Positions 30,701 through 38,640 of a stretch of 64,000 bases of DNA are shown here, piece by piece. Numbering within the stretch: the stretch's first letter is position 1; each line of letters begins with the position of its first letter. A program made the position numbers and the translations under genes. This DNA comes from Candidatus Latescibacterota bacterium (GTDB lineage Bacteria; Latescibacterota; UBA2968; UBA8231). Below the pieces are notes generated by a model. The model did not search any database. It was not told the origin of the DNA and saw only the letters and a list, made by a program, of their open reading frames with translations. The DNA lies in NCBI GenBank assembly GCA_965223905.1, contig CBDCXV010000011.1, positions 32,001 through 96,000 on the forward strand, written 5' to 3'.

Positions 30701-32150
30701 TGTCGCTCCAGTAGAGCTTGCCGCCGGCTGCGTCCACGGCCAGGCTCAACGGCGTCTGCAGGCCGGTCACCAGGTCCTCGACTTGAGAGCCGTCGAGGTT
30801 GGACCGCTGGATGCGGTCGGTGCCGTTGTCCGTCCAGTAGAGCTTGCCGCCGGCCACGTCCACGGCCAGACCCAGCGGAATGCGCAGGCCGGTGGTCACC
30901 AGGTCTTCCACCTGCGAGCCGTCGAGGTTGGACCGCTGGATCTTGTCGCTGCCGTAGTCGGTCCAGTAGAGCTTGCCGGCCGCCTGATCCACGGCCAGGC
31001 CGCGCGGGTTGACCAGACCGCTGTCGATCACGTCCTCGACCCCGGAGCCGTCCAGGTTTGCGCGCTGAATGCGGTCGCCGTCCGCGTCCGTCCAGTAGAG
31101 CATCGGCGCATCCGCCGCCGCCACCGGGGCGCCGATCCCTTCCGGCAGCGACGGGTCGGACGGGTCGGCGTGGTAGGCCTCGATCAGCCGGGCGTCGGTC
31201 AGATCGACCAGCCCGTCCCCGTTGACGTCCCCCAGGGTGAGGTCGCCGTTGCCAAGGGACAGGGCCGGGTCCTCGCTGTACGAGGCGATCAGCAGGGCGT
31301 CGGACAGATCGACCCGGCCGTTGCCGTCGACGTCCCCCAGCAGGCCGCCTGCAACGGCCACCTTGCCCCGAGGCAGGGAGGACAGCGGCTGAACCTGGAT
31401 CTCGACAGGCCCGCCTCCCATTCGGAAGGCCGGGTCGACGTAAGGGACCAGCCCCGGACCCGAGACTGTCAGCCCGTAGACCGGTCCCTTACCGCGAGGC
31501 GGGGCTGCCGCCCTGGCGGAACCCCCTCCACCCCCCAAGCCCACCGCCCCGTCCAGCAGCACCATCGACCGCGTCAGCCGCTCCCCGCCTCCCAGCAGCC
31601 GATACAGGTACACCCCCGAGCCCACCCCCCGGCCCGAGGCGTCCGTCGCGTTCCAGGTCGCCGTGTGGAAGCCGGCCGGACGCTCTCCGTCCACCAGGGT
31701 CGCCACCCGCTGGCCCAGAATGTTGAACACCTCCAGCCGCACACGAGCCGGGACCGGAAGCTGATACGGGATGATCGTCGACGGATTGAACGGGTTGGGG
31801 TAGTTCTGACCCAGGTGCAGGCGCGCCGGCAGCGGCGCGGCACGGCGTAGCGCCTTCAGGGGAAAGGCGAAATAGCCGCTCTCATCGGTGGTGACCCGCA
31901 ACGAGCGCCCCAGGTCGCCCGGGGCGAACAGCCGCACCCGGGCCCCGGCCGCCGGAGCCCCCGAAGACAGAAGCACACGCCCCTCCAGCAGCGGCTCGGC
32001 CCCGGCTCCTGACCCCGGTGCCGCGAGACAGCCGAGCACTGCCAGCAGCCATCCGAAACCGCCGGCACCCGGGAAAGAGGCCGAGGAGCGCCGGGCGGAC
32101 AGGGTGCGGGGTGTATCGATGGGGTTCTCCAGTCGCAAGGTCGGCCGCAT
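24774..32150 (-). CDS. 2458-aa secreted multidomain protein: FlgD-Ig-like, dockerin, three YWTD beta-propellers with Ig-like spacers, Pro-rich linker, cadherin, FN3, PEP/pyruvate-binding (ATP-grasp) domain
   Basis: 18 (L/M/I)YW(T/S/A/P)D repeats; GDVDGNG/GDVNGDG; YDYETK; YEVQVRAHN; GVKAAN, RSSTNNEDLPGFNGAGLYDS, EIEF...KQARPW. Confidence 0.9.
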   Translation of the reverse strand: MRPTLRLENPIDTPRTLSARRSSASFPGAGGFGWLLAVLGCLAAPGSGAGAEPLLEGRVLLSSGAPAAGARVRLFAPGDLGRSLRVTTDESGYFAFPLKALRRAAPLPARLHLGQNYPNPFNPSTIIPYQLPVPARVRLEVFNILGQRVATLVDGERPAGFHTATWNATDASGRGVGSGVYLYRLLGGGERLTRSMVLLDGAVGLGGGGGSARAAAPPRGKGPVYGLTVSGPGLVPYVDPAFRMGGGPVEIQVQPLSSLPRGKVAVAGGLLGDVDGNGRVDLSDALLIASYSEDPALSLGNGDLTLGDVNGDGLVDLTDARLIEAYHADPSDPSLPEGIGAPVAAADAPMLYWTDADGDRIQRANLDGSGVEDVIDSGLVNPRGLAVDQAAGKLYWTDYGSDKIQRSNLDGSQVEDLVTTGLRIPLGLAVDVAGGKLYWTDNGTDRIQRSNLDGSQVEDLVTGLQTPLSLAVDAAGGKLYWSDSGADKIQRANLDGTEVEDLITAGLELPRGLALDAAGGKLYWSDNGSDKIQRANLDGSEIEDLVTEGLESPRGLALDTAAGKLYWTDSGADKIQRSNLDGSEIEDLVTEGLESPRGLVLVRTVAGGNRAPVLAPIADRTAAAGDTLTVVATGRDSDGDALTYAASSSDEAVARVEVTDSLLTVYALAMGRATIAVTVRDPDGLEAVQRFAVLVVGAGSLGAVNRLYWTDAEADRIRRAHLDGSGVEDVVDSGLVNPRGLAVDQAAGKLYWTDYGTDRIQRSNLDGSEIEDLVTEGLRIPLALALDAAGGKLYWTDNGTDKIQRSNLDGSQVEDLVTGLQTPLGLALDAAAGKLYWTDSGADRIQRANLDGTELEDLVTTGLQIPRGLTLDAAGGKLYWSDNGTDRIQRANLDGTEIEDLVTTGLGTPRGLALDVSAGKLYWADSSTDRIQRSNLDGSEVEDLVTEGLRSPRGLALARTLSTDNQAPALEPLADRTAATGDSVILELAGSDPDGDALTYTASSGDETVATVETADSLVTLRLLAVGETAVTVTARDPGGLQATQRFSVTVQASNEPPLAVPWLYWTDARTDRIQRAELDGSDIRTLVGGLMQPRDIALDRDGGRMYWTDSGADKIQRAHLDGSKVEDLVTEGLKEPFGLALDLGGGKIYWSDWGTDRIQRSNLDGSEIEDLVATGLNEPYGLALDLGEGKIYWTDWGSDRIQRANLDGSEVEDLVTGLNQPRGLALDLEDGRMYWPDWGTDKIQRANLDGSEVEDLVTEGLRTSQAIALDLDEGRMYWTDYGTDKIQRANLDGSQVEDLVTSGLKEPYGLTLGAGLPAQILKVEGASATLNLAGRFRDPEGGALTLTAASSDEAVAAATLADSVLTISPVTPGRVTVAVTARDEGGRAATLPVPVTVYPANRPPVAGTLADRKIRIGSPDRVELSDAFTDPDETDVLTYTAASSNEAVATAAVEGTGLRITPKSIGQTGISVTARDPKELEASLSFRVTVEPKPPPRPPRTPPGSGSDDGDGNGNDGGGPVTPPPPTPPPPPPPPTPPTPPPPDPPPPPPPGQNNAPTFDEAPAATRTVAENTGAREDIGNPVTATDSDDDRLTYNLEGTDAGSFTLASTSGQLRTRSGATYDYETKPRYSVSVKAEDGHGGIAAIDVTIHVADVDEPPGRPSAPWVEPASSTSLTVTWTEPANTGPDVHDYDVQYRKSGSFLPWPHDGPGTTTTIPDLEVNTRYEVQVRAHNDEGESEWSVSGFGGSCSEGGDAPTPVAVQVTAVPIVVESTTDDYFVLYVRHDVDGATVEVPVLVKRGEAGTTTLAENVAALPRERYRVEKYLVADPADVDGDCIDDLTELDTVGMNPLNPAAAIALTDGAVTVPDRETFETLSFSGLFLKFVLLGMDTARPRVYFMNTETYQQHQYFLDAVGLDPGQDRMITGEITYYTDLVAPDGSPGVYRLSLTVRSVFPFSFSLVARSYTMLAASMRLLEDNLAFHIRNNQLLSFQSDLPLYRDSRINLLFDEDISPESGFLALNPGEGYGLLRVMDPDERPHPRDVVLYEALPNELSRVAGIVSTVPQTPLSHVNLRAVQDGIPNAFIADALDNSSINTLIGGYVRYEVTDSGWELGAATPAEVEAHYESSRPAHEQIPQRDLEITQITPLSEIGFDDWDAFGVKAANVAVLGTLGFPEGTVPDGFAIPFYFYDEFMKHNDFYTRVETMLADEAFQTDFEARADSLKKLRKAIEDAETPDWIISAIETMNESFSEGINRRYRSSTNNEDLPGFNGAGLYDSKSQKPSEDEKDLAKSLKEVYAGLWNFRAFVERDFHRIDHLAAAMGVLVHPSYRDELANGVAVSFDPIYGRDGRYYVNTQVGEDLVTNPEAHSVPEELLLSRNSAYTVLATSNQVPPGQLLMSDDQLRQLREHLEVIHEEFAELYDPAAGEPFAMEIEFKITSADILAIKQARPWVFSAP

Positions 32151-32222
32151 GCAGGACCGGGGGTGCCGAAGCCCCGGCAGGAACGCACTGGGAGGCCTGC
32201 GCGTTCGGATCCTGTGGAGAGG

Positions 32223-32238
32223 TGCAAAGACTGTGCCA
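32223..32238 (-). promoter_or_regulatory. Sigma54 (-24/-12) promoter
   Basis: TGGCACAGTCTTTGCA on the minus strand, exact GG-N10-GC spacing, about 73 bp upstream of the 2458-aa ORF start. Confidence 0.8.
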
Positions 32239-32317
32239 TCGTGGAAAAAATGGAGCTAACTACTTGCAGATAAACGAGTTGAAGCAATTCAGGAGAAGCC
32301 GGGGAAAAGGGGTCGAG

Positions 32318-32472
32318 TGTCGCATTTTGGAACACTCCTGCGCCTGTTCCGGGGGTCGACTGAAGGGGAGTCGACTGTTCAACCAACTGTTTATAAACGG
32401 GTTATATAAACTCAGGGGGCGGCATTGAGGGCCGTGTGTCGCGATATGCGACGCCTGTCTCATTTTGCGACA
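32318..32472. promoter_or_regulatory. Three putative enhancer-binding-protein (UAS) sites
   Basis: TGTCGCATTTTGGAACA (32318), TGTCGCGATATGCGACG (32437), TGTCTCATTTTGCGACA (32456): TGT-N11-ACA dyads 80-235 bp upstream of the sigma54 site. Confidence 0.65.
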
Positions 32473-32582
32473 CAAAAGGGCAAGGCTGGAAAGGGGCCGT
32501 GCGGTCGGATCTCAGCGGGGATCCGCAGCCCGCGGACAGGCAGAAAACCCGGCCGGGGGGAACAGCAGCAACCAGGGCAAGG

Positions 32583-32687
32583 GGGCGGTCTATTTCGACA
32601 TCACCATGGAAGGGGAGAAGCGCCGCGGCCACCTCTGGGACCACACCCACGGGAAGGCGCAGCCGCGGGCGGAGCGGGTCTGAAGCG
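32583..32687 (+). repeat. Direct repeat copy 2 (orphan cupin 3' end)
   Basis: Encodes AVYFDITMEGEKRRGHLWDHTHGKAQPRAERV*, nearly identical to the cupin C-terminus. Confidence 0.95.
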
Positions 32688-32740
32688 ACTCGCCCGGGCG
32701 AGCCCATGTGCTGGGGGCGGTATAGAGGCCGGGTAGGATG

Positions 32741-33001
32741 CTACCGGGTGGCGGCTTGGACCCTGTTCCACTCCTGCGGCCGTCCCTCGAGCTCGCCGAG
32801 GAACATGAAGGCTTTGCGTGACATGCCGCGGGATATCCGCTGAACCTCTTCGACGCTGCGGGAGTGGACCGCTTCTCCCTCGGCCCAGTAAAGAACCTCG
32901 GGATCGTTATTCCACCTGTACAACAGGTCCCAGTCTCCCTCCGTCATCGCCCGCAGGACCATGCGAGGTCCCAGCAGCCTTACCTGGTGTTCACGGATCA
33001 T
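32741..33001 (-). pseudogene. RimJ/RimL-type GNAT acetyltransferase N-terminal fragment
   Basis: VLRAMTEGDWDLLYRWNNDPEVLYW; ends after about 85 aa. Confidence 0.6.
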
Positions 33002-33084
33002 GAAATTTCCCCGTGGGGCCGAGATGCAAAAGGGCAAGAGCAGGTGATCGTACGTCCTCTGCGCCAAAGCGGAAGCGTGCGGAG

Positions 33085-33235
33085 TTCCTCATGATTGCCG
33101 CACTGGCAATGTGTCGGCAATTCCAGGTCAACAGGATATCGATGTCGTGAACCGATGGAACGGCGATATGGATGGCATCACGTGCTGCTACTTGCGGCAG
33201 CAGTGCAGAATCAAGAATAGCCTGCGATAATCGGA
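33085..33235 (-). pseudogene. PIN-domain (VapC-like) C-terminal fragment
   Basis: AARDAIHIAV..VHDIDILLTWNCRHIA. Confidence 0.6.
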
Positions 33236-33437
33236 AATACATGCGATGGAATACTACCGCGGCTGCCGGGCCCGAGGGGAGTCAGGCTCGGGTCAGGGCC
33301 AGGAGCTCAGGAAAGCAGGATCGGTGCTGGGAGGTATGGGGGTGGTCGGATGCCGGCTTCAGCAGGCTCCGGTGGCGCTCAAGCGGGGATTCCCGGGGGG
33401 AAGCAGGGGACGCCTCCTTCGGTCGGGATGAAGTTCG

Positions 33438-34478
33438 CTACCTCCCACCACCAGAAACCGGGTACAGGGTTATTCCGGCTTTTTTCCCTGCGCCCTCATC
33501 GGCAACGATCAGCGTGTTGTCCGCGGCGAAAGTGATGCCTTCAATCTGACGATGCCATCGGGCGGGAAACTGCCTGACTGCCAGGACCTTCCCGCCGGGG
33601 GTGATCTCCGCAATGGCGCGCTGACGGGCAGCCACGACGAAGTAATTGCCCGAGGCAGGGTGCCGCTCGATTCCGGAAGGCTGGAACTTCGTTTGCGCGA
33701 TATGTCGGGAGAATTCAACGACAGGGATTACCGTACGGGGAGTTTCGCTCAGCTGCTTCCCGTCGATCGACCAGTGATATATCGCCAGCTTTCCTTCCAG
33801 GTCTGCACTGCGGGAACCTTTGCACATCAGCAGCAAAGCCCGCCGGCCATCATACGCCAAGCCTTCTATTTCGCAATCCCTGCCGATCCCGGTAGCATAG
33901 GCATTGAACAGGACGGACTCCCGGTCGGCGCCCTCGGTGCACTCGTACAGCCGTCCTGAACTGGTGACCAGGTAGATCCGCTCGCCGGCTGCGGCAATGC
34001 CTTCGAAATCGCCGGCAACCGGGTTCGCCGTATCCGCCAGCTGGAACGCTTTTTCTATGGACCCGTCCCGGAAATCGATTTCGTAAACGATTCCCCTCTC
34101 ATCGTTGTGTGCCAAGAGCCGGCCGTCCTTGGTCATGGCCAGACCCGAGATTTCCCTGAGACGTCCCGGAAGCTTCCGGTGCGCCGCGGTCTCGGCTTTC
34201 AGCTCATAGCTTCCGAGAGATACAGGTGGCAGCCCCCTTTCGCTTTCTGGCCGGTCAGGAGACTCGGCCATTTCCGTCCGTGAAGCCGCCCTCGTCTCAA
34301 CCACGGTATGGGCGGGCGAAGCATCCGTGTTCGCGGGGGTAGTATCCGTATCCAGGTTTGAACGACCCTCGCTCGATTCTGCCGGCGGATCCCCTCCATA
34401 GCCGATCGAAAACAGGAAGACGAAAATGCTGAAACCGAGGAATCCCAGCAGGGATTTTTCTCCGCGACCCATGTGCAA
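33438..34478 (-). CDS. SdiA-regulated/YjiK-like beta-propeller protein
   Basis: LREISGLA, HNDERG, DFEGIA, EIEGLAYD, FQPSGIERHP, QIEGITF...DEG; N-terminal TM segment. Confidence 0.75.
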   Translation of the reverse strand: MHMGRGEKSLLGFLGFSIFVFLFSIGYGGDPPAESSEGRSNLDTDTTPANTDASPAHTVVETRAASRTEMAESPDRPESERGLPPVSLGSYELKAETAAHRKLPGRLREISGLAMTKDGRLLAHNDERGIVYEIDFRDGSIEKAFQLADTANPVAGDFEGIAAAGERIYLVTSSGRLYECTEGADRESVLFNAYATGIGRDCEIEGLAYDGRRALLLMCKGSRSADLEGKLAIYHWSIDGKQLSETPRTVIPVVEFSRHIAQTKFQPSGIERHPASGNYFVVAARQRAIAEITPGGKVLAVRQFPARWHRQIEGITFAADNTLIVADEGAGKKAGITLYPVSGGGR

Positions 34479-35425
34479 TCACCTGGTTGCGGAGCTGTGT
34501 CTCTTCAGTTGCACGTTGCTGATGCTCTTCTTTCCGGAGTCCTCGATCTCCCGGACGATGGAAGCCGGGTCGGCGGACTGCTTCAACCAGACATCGAAGG
34601 CGACGACGGCCGTTCCATCCTGATTCCTGACCACGCTGGCCAACTGCCATTGCCTGGTGCTGGATTTCAGGACCTGGGCGGCCGCCTTCTGCGCGGCATT
34701 GGCTTTGGTCGCATTCACTTCGATCCGGGCGTCGCCGGGTGCCCCGGCGGCAATGGCCTTGTTGCCTGGCCCGGCGGCCTTCTCCGCCTTTTCGGCGGGG
34801 ACGATTCTCCACCCGGACAGCACGGTCGACTGCGCTCCGAAATTGGTTTTCCACACTGCGAGAGATACGGTGACGAACGCCAACGACGCGAGATAGGCCA
34901 CCGTGGTGAGCTGGGTGCCGGCGGCCAGCCCTATGCCGATGGCCATGAACATGTACACGGCATCTATCGGCTCATCGAGCGAGGTCCGGAAGCGGACCGC
35001 GGCCACGATGCCGGCAAGGCTGAAGGCGAGGGCAAGACTCCCCTTGACGAGAAAGACAACCAGGGCAATGGAAATGGGAACCACGAGCAGGGTCTGCGCA
35101 AAGGATTGATTGTATTTCTTGCGCGGCCGCGTCAAGCGGTATACCCAGGTAATCGGGAGGGTTACTGCGAAAGCCAGCACCATGGCGACCATGACCGGGA
35201 TGGTGTGCGCCGGGTCGGCGAGCCTGGCTACCCCTTCCTGGATATCTCCGAGTGGAAACGGAACGGTGTCGGTCCCCGGGTCCAGGCCTTTGGCAACGAA
35301 GATGCGTTCGCGCTCCACGGCGACGTAATAGAGGATCTGGGGGAAGAGGTGGAAAACCCCGCTGAGCGCCAGAAGCCATGCAACGTAGTAGACAACGAGC
35401 CGTACTGATGATGTTGCTGGAGCAT
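34479..35425 (-). CDS. DUF4956 membrane protein (apparent indels just after the ATG at 35425)
   Basis: SLALAFSLAGIVAAVRFRTSL...DAVYMFMAIGIGLAAG; frame stays open upstream of 35318 (VRLVVYY...). Confidence 0.8.
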
Positions 35426-35444
35426 GTGAATTCTCCTCGATTGG

Positions 35445-37640
35445 CTAGAATGTGAGACCAGCGCGCACGTACAGTCCCGTCAGGTCGTCGCCGTTTACGA
35501 CAGCCACGCTCAAGGTCTGCAGGCGCTGGAGGAAGGACAGCCACAATCCGCCTCCGGTACTGGTGTGCCAACGGTCGGCATCGTCCGGATCCCCGGAATA
35601 GAACACCCGGCCGGCGTCGGCCGCAGCGAACAGGCCCAGCTCGCCCGGCACCAGAAGCCTGATCTTCGCCAGCACCAGGCGCAGCTCGGAATTCCCGTAC
35701 AGTGCGGTATCTCCCGCGAACCGGTTTTTGCGGAAACCGCGCAGGCTGCCGCCGGATGCATCGCCGCCGGTCAGGCCGGGCCCGCCCAGAAAGGCGCTCT
35801 CGTGGAAGGGGAAGGTACCCCACACCTTCCTGCCGCCGGCTCGCAAGGCAAGGGTCGGGTTGGCTGGGACAGGAGCCGTCACGTAGGCGCGCGTTTCCCC
35901 GTCCATGCTGCCGAAAGCCGACTCCACATCCCAGGCTCCCGGATAGAGGGCTCCGGCGACACGGGCAAGAATCCCCCGGGTAGGGTACCCCGAATTGTCG
36001 CGCGCGTCGTAGAAGATCTCGCCCTGCGCCCCTGCCTGGCCGAAGGACCCCGTGCCGTACCACGGGTGATCCCGGGAAGCGATGAAATTCCCCTCGTTCG
36101 AGCTGAGCGGCGTGTTCGAATACTTGACGACCGGCCCGAAGGCGATGGTCCATTGCGGGCGCGGCGACTTCATGCCGCCATGGGATCCGCCCCCTTGATG
36201 GCCGCCCGCGCCGAACTCGAGAGAGGGTGCGAAAGCGAAATGATTCTGCTCCACCTCGTAGAAGGAAGCCGGACCCGGAATTTGAGTGGCGTTGCCGAGT
36301 CCGTTGAAGCGGATCACCTGGAGCCCTGAGTACTTGAGCTTGACCTTCGCGTCCAGGCCGAACAGCGACCGGCGGAAGGTTCCGGTGTAGGACACAGAGG
36401 GCTTGAGACGATTCACGGCCAGCCCGGCGTTTATGGAGTGGCTCGAAGCAAAGGGGTCCTTTCGATACCCGAAGTACTGCCGGCTGGCCACACCTCCCGC
36501 GAACACGCCCAGGTCCGGGGTCACCATGAAGACCGGGAAGGCGATCGTCTGCCTGCCCCAGTCCAGGGCGTAGCGCGCGCGCAGAACCGGTGCGGGAGGA
36601 CGCTTGTAGGGGCTCTCGTCGATTTTGGCCCCCTTGCCTTTCGCGAACCGGTTGTTCCCGCGGTAATCGTAGAACCTTGTCTTTGAAGCGCCGGCCCGGG
36701 ACGAATTGGTGAAGCTGTCGTCCCCTCCTCCGCCATCGATGCGAACGGCGATCTTTCCCTCGGTCCCCGATATTTCCGCGCTGTCGGCTCCCCCTCGGAG
36801 GTATACTCGGACTTCCCGGGTTTCCCCGGGGCGGAAGGTCCTCCGGAAATAGGGATCTTCTCTTTTCCCACCCGGACCTTCCATCAGACCGATGCGGACC
36901 GCGAGATCGCCGTCCGGCATGTGCTCGCACTGGAGGTATTCGTCCTTGTCGGTCGCTTGGATCTCCACCTCCCGGGTTATCAGCTCGTAGTAGCGGTCGA
37001 CGAACTCAGGCAAGGCGTCCCGCCTGGATTTCAGGGCTTTTTCAAGTTCCTCCCCGATCATCAGGTAATAGGGCTGCGGAAGCCTCCGAACCGCATCCTC
37101 GATGACCGGGTCGGGCAGGTTTCTGCGGAACTCGGTCACCACCGAGTCCCACGCAGCCTTGTCGAGCTCGACGAGGAACTCGCGGTCCATCTCCCACCCC
37201 GTAGTCGACAGGCCTACCAGGCTCGGGTACGTGTCTTTGAACTTGATCTGTCTGGGCAGTCCCCTGCGCGCCACGGTCATGGCGAACCCGTCGAAATCGA
37301 TGAAAGCCTGGTCGCGGTCCTCGGGTATCACAACCCAGGTAAAGCAGTCCCCGTCCGGGAACCGCGCCCACCTCCACTGGCCGAAATGGCGGTCCTTGTC
37401 GCCGATGAGGAAGTCCATCAGCTTGGCCTTCAGGTAGGCGCGGGCATCGACGCGGTTGCATGGGCTTTTTTCCAGGTGCTTCCACAGCTTCTCCGTTCCG
37501 CTGATTTTTCGGGAACCGGCAAAGCCGGGAGCATCGTCCGGCCCCTCGGAAGGGTGTTCCTGCAGCGTGCCTATGAGGCCGGCAAACTCCTCGCGGTACT
37601 CCCCCAGCCTGGGATCGTCCGGAATGACGACGAGCGTGTG
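35445..37640 (-). pseudogene. BamA/TamA-like outer-membrane beta-barrel protein (kinase-like N-region), 5'-truncated
   Basis: IPDDPRLGEYREEF, YLKAKLMDFLIGDKDRHFGQWRW, PEDRDQAF; LRGFRKNRFAG; terminal aromatic residue (GLTF); no start or signal peptide. Confidence 0.7.
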
Positions 37641-37903
37641 TTAAGTATGCGGGGCGTTTGCCCGGCCGTTTGTTGCGGCCCGTTGTCGAAGATACATACA
37701 AGCCGTTTTAGATCGCGCGGGGTGGAGGAAGAAAGGTCTGCTTCGGACCTCCTGTCACCCTCTTTGTCGAACAATTCGGCGTTGCCGCCGGGCCCAACCA
37801 GGGAGGAAGGAGAGCTCGGCCCCCAGGTCAGGCTTGTCGAGGGAGCAAGTTAGGAAGGCCAATTTTTTTGCGCTTCGTTCGACTCGCGGCAGCGACGACG
37901 CCC

Positions 37904-38611
37904 TCAGACATTCCACTCCTCCGGCGGAACCACCGACCGGTCCCGAGGCTCGTACCCCAGCACCTTCTTCCCGTGGTCGAGATCGTACATCGGCCAGTTG
38001 CTGTCCGAGACCCCGAACACCACTTCGTACCGCACCCCCGGATGAACGATGGCGCGCTCGAACACCCGCACGCAGTCCCCGTGGCTGAGGTGGTGCGGGT
38101 GTTCCGGCAGGTCGCGGTCGCGGTTGAAGTTGCCAATGCGCACCGACACCACCTCCATGTCGAAGCGGGTCGCGTACATGTAGCCGATCTGCTCGCCGAA
38201 CGCCTTGCTGATCGTGTAGTAGTTCTGCGGCAGCGGGACCAGGTCCATTGTGCGCTGCAGCGACTTCGGATAAGCCCCCAGCAGCCCGGCCCGGCTCGCG
38301 AAGGCGACCCGTCGCACCCCGTTTTGCCGGCTCGCCTCGAAGAGGTTGTAGGTGCCGGTGATGTTGTTCTGCAGGACCTGCTCCCAGGTGGCGCTGCCTC
38401 CGGGGTTCCCGGCGAGGTGGATGACAGCCTCCATGCCACGCGTTGCCTGGAGCGCCACCTCATAATCGGAGAGATCGCCGATCACGACGTCCCCGGCATC
38501 GAGGCCGGGCACCTCGACGAGGTCGAGGCCGCGCAGCTCGTAGCGCCCTTTCAGGCCTGCGACCAGGGTGGATCCGACGGCCCCGGCCGCCCCCGTAATC
38601 AGAACACGCAT
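37904..38611 (-). CDS. NAD-dependent epimerase/dehydratase (uronate dehydrogenase-like SDR)
   Basis: MRVLITGAAGAVG, VIHLAG, NITGTYNLFEA, YTISK, VRIG. Confidence 0.85.
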   Translation of the reverse strand: MRVLITGAAGAVGSTLVAGLKGRYELRGLDLVEVPGLDAGDVVIGDLSDYEVALQATRGMEAVIHLAGNPGGSATWEQVLQNNITGTYNLFEASRQNGVRRVAFASRAGLLGAYPKSLQRTMDLVPLPQNYYTISKAFGEQIGYMYATRFDMEVVSVRIGNFNRDRDLPEHPHHLSHGDCVRVFERAIVHPGVRYEVVFGVSDSNWPMYDLDHGKKVLGYEPRDRSVVPPEEWNV

Positions 38612-38640
38612 CGCTCGTCCAAGGCCCGCGGGAAGGCGGA

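Larger units (their letters stand above)
7907..32582. mobile_element. Putative genomic island / inserted accessory segment bounded by the 105-bp direct repeats
   Basis: Flanking direct repeats, a drop in GC just after the left repeat, an IS and gene fragments inside; no integrase found. Confidence 0.45.

Noticed and set aside
28200-31110. Regular ~126-129 bp DNA repeats as a CRISPR array
   Set aside because: In-frame coding YWTD repeats without unique spacers; no cas genes.
32583-32687. Cupin tail duplicate as a DGR template/variable repeat pair
   Set aside because: The three mismatches are not adenine-specific on either strand, and there is no reverse transcriptase nearby.
32700-33440. GNAT and PIN fragments as integron cassettes
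   Set aside because: No attC-like palindromes or integron integrase recognised.
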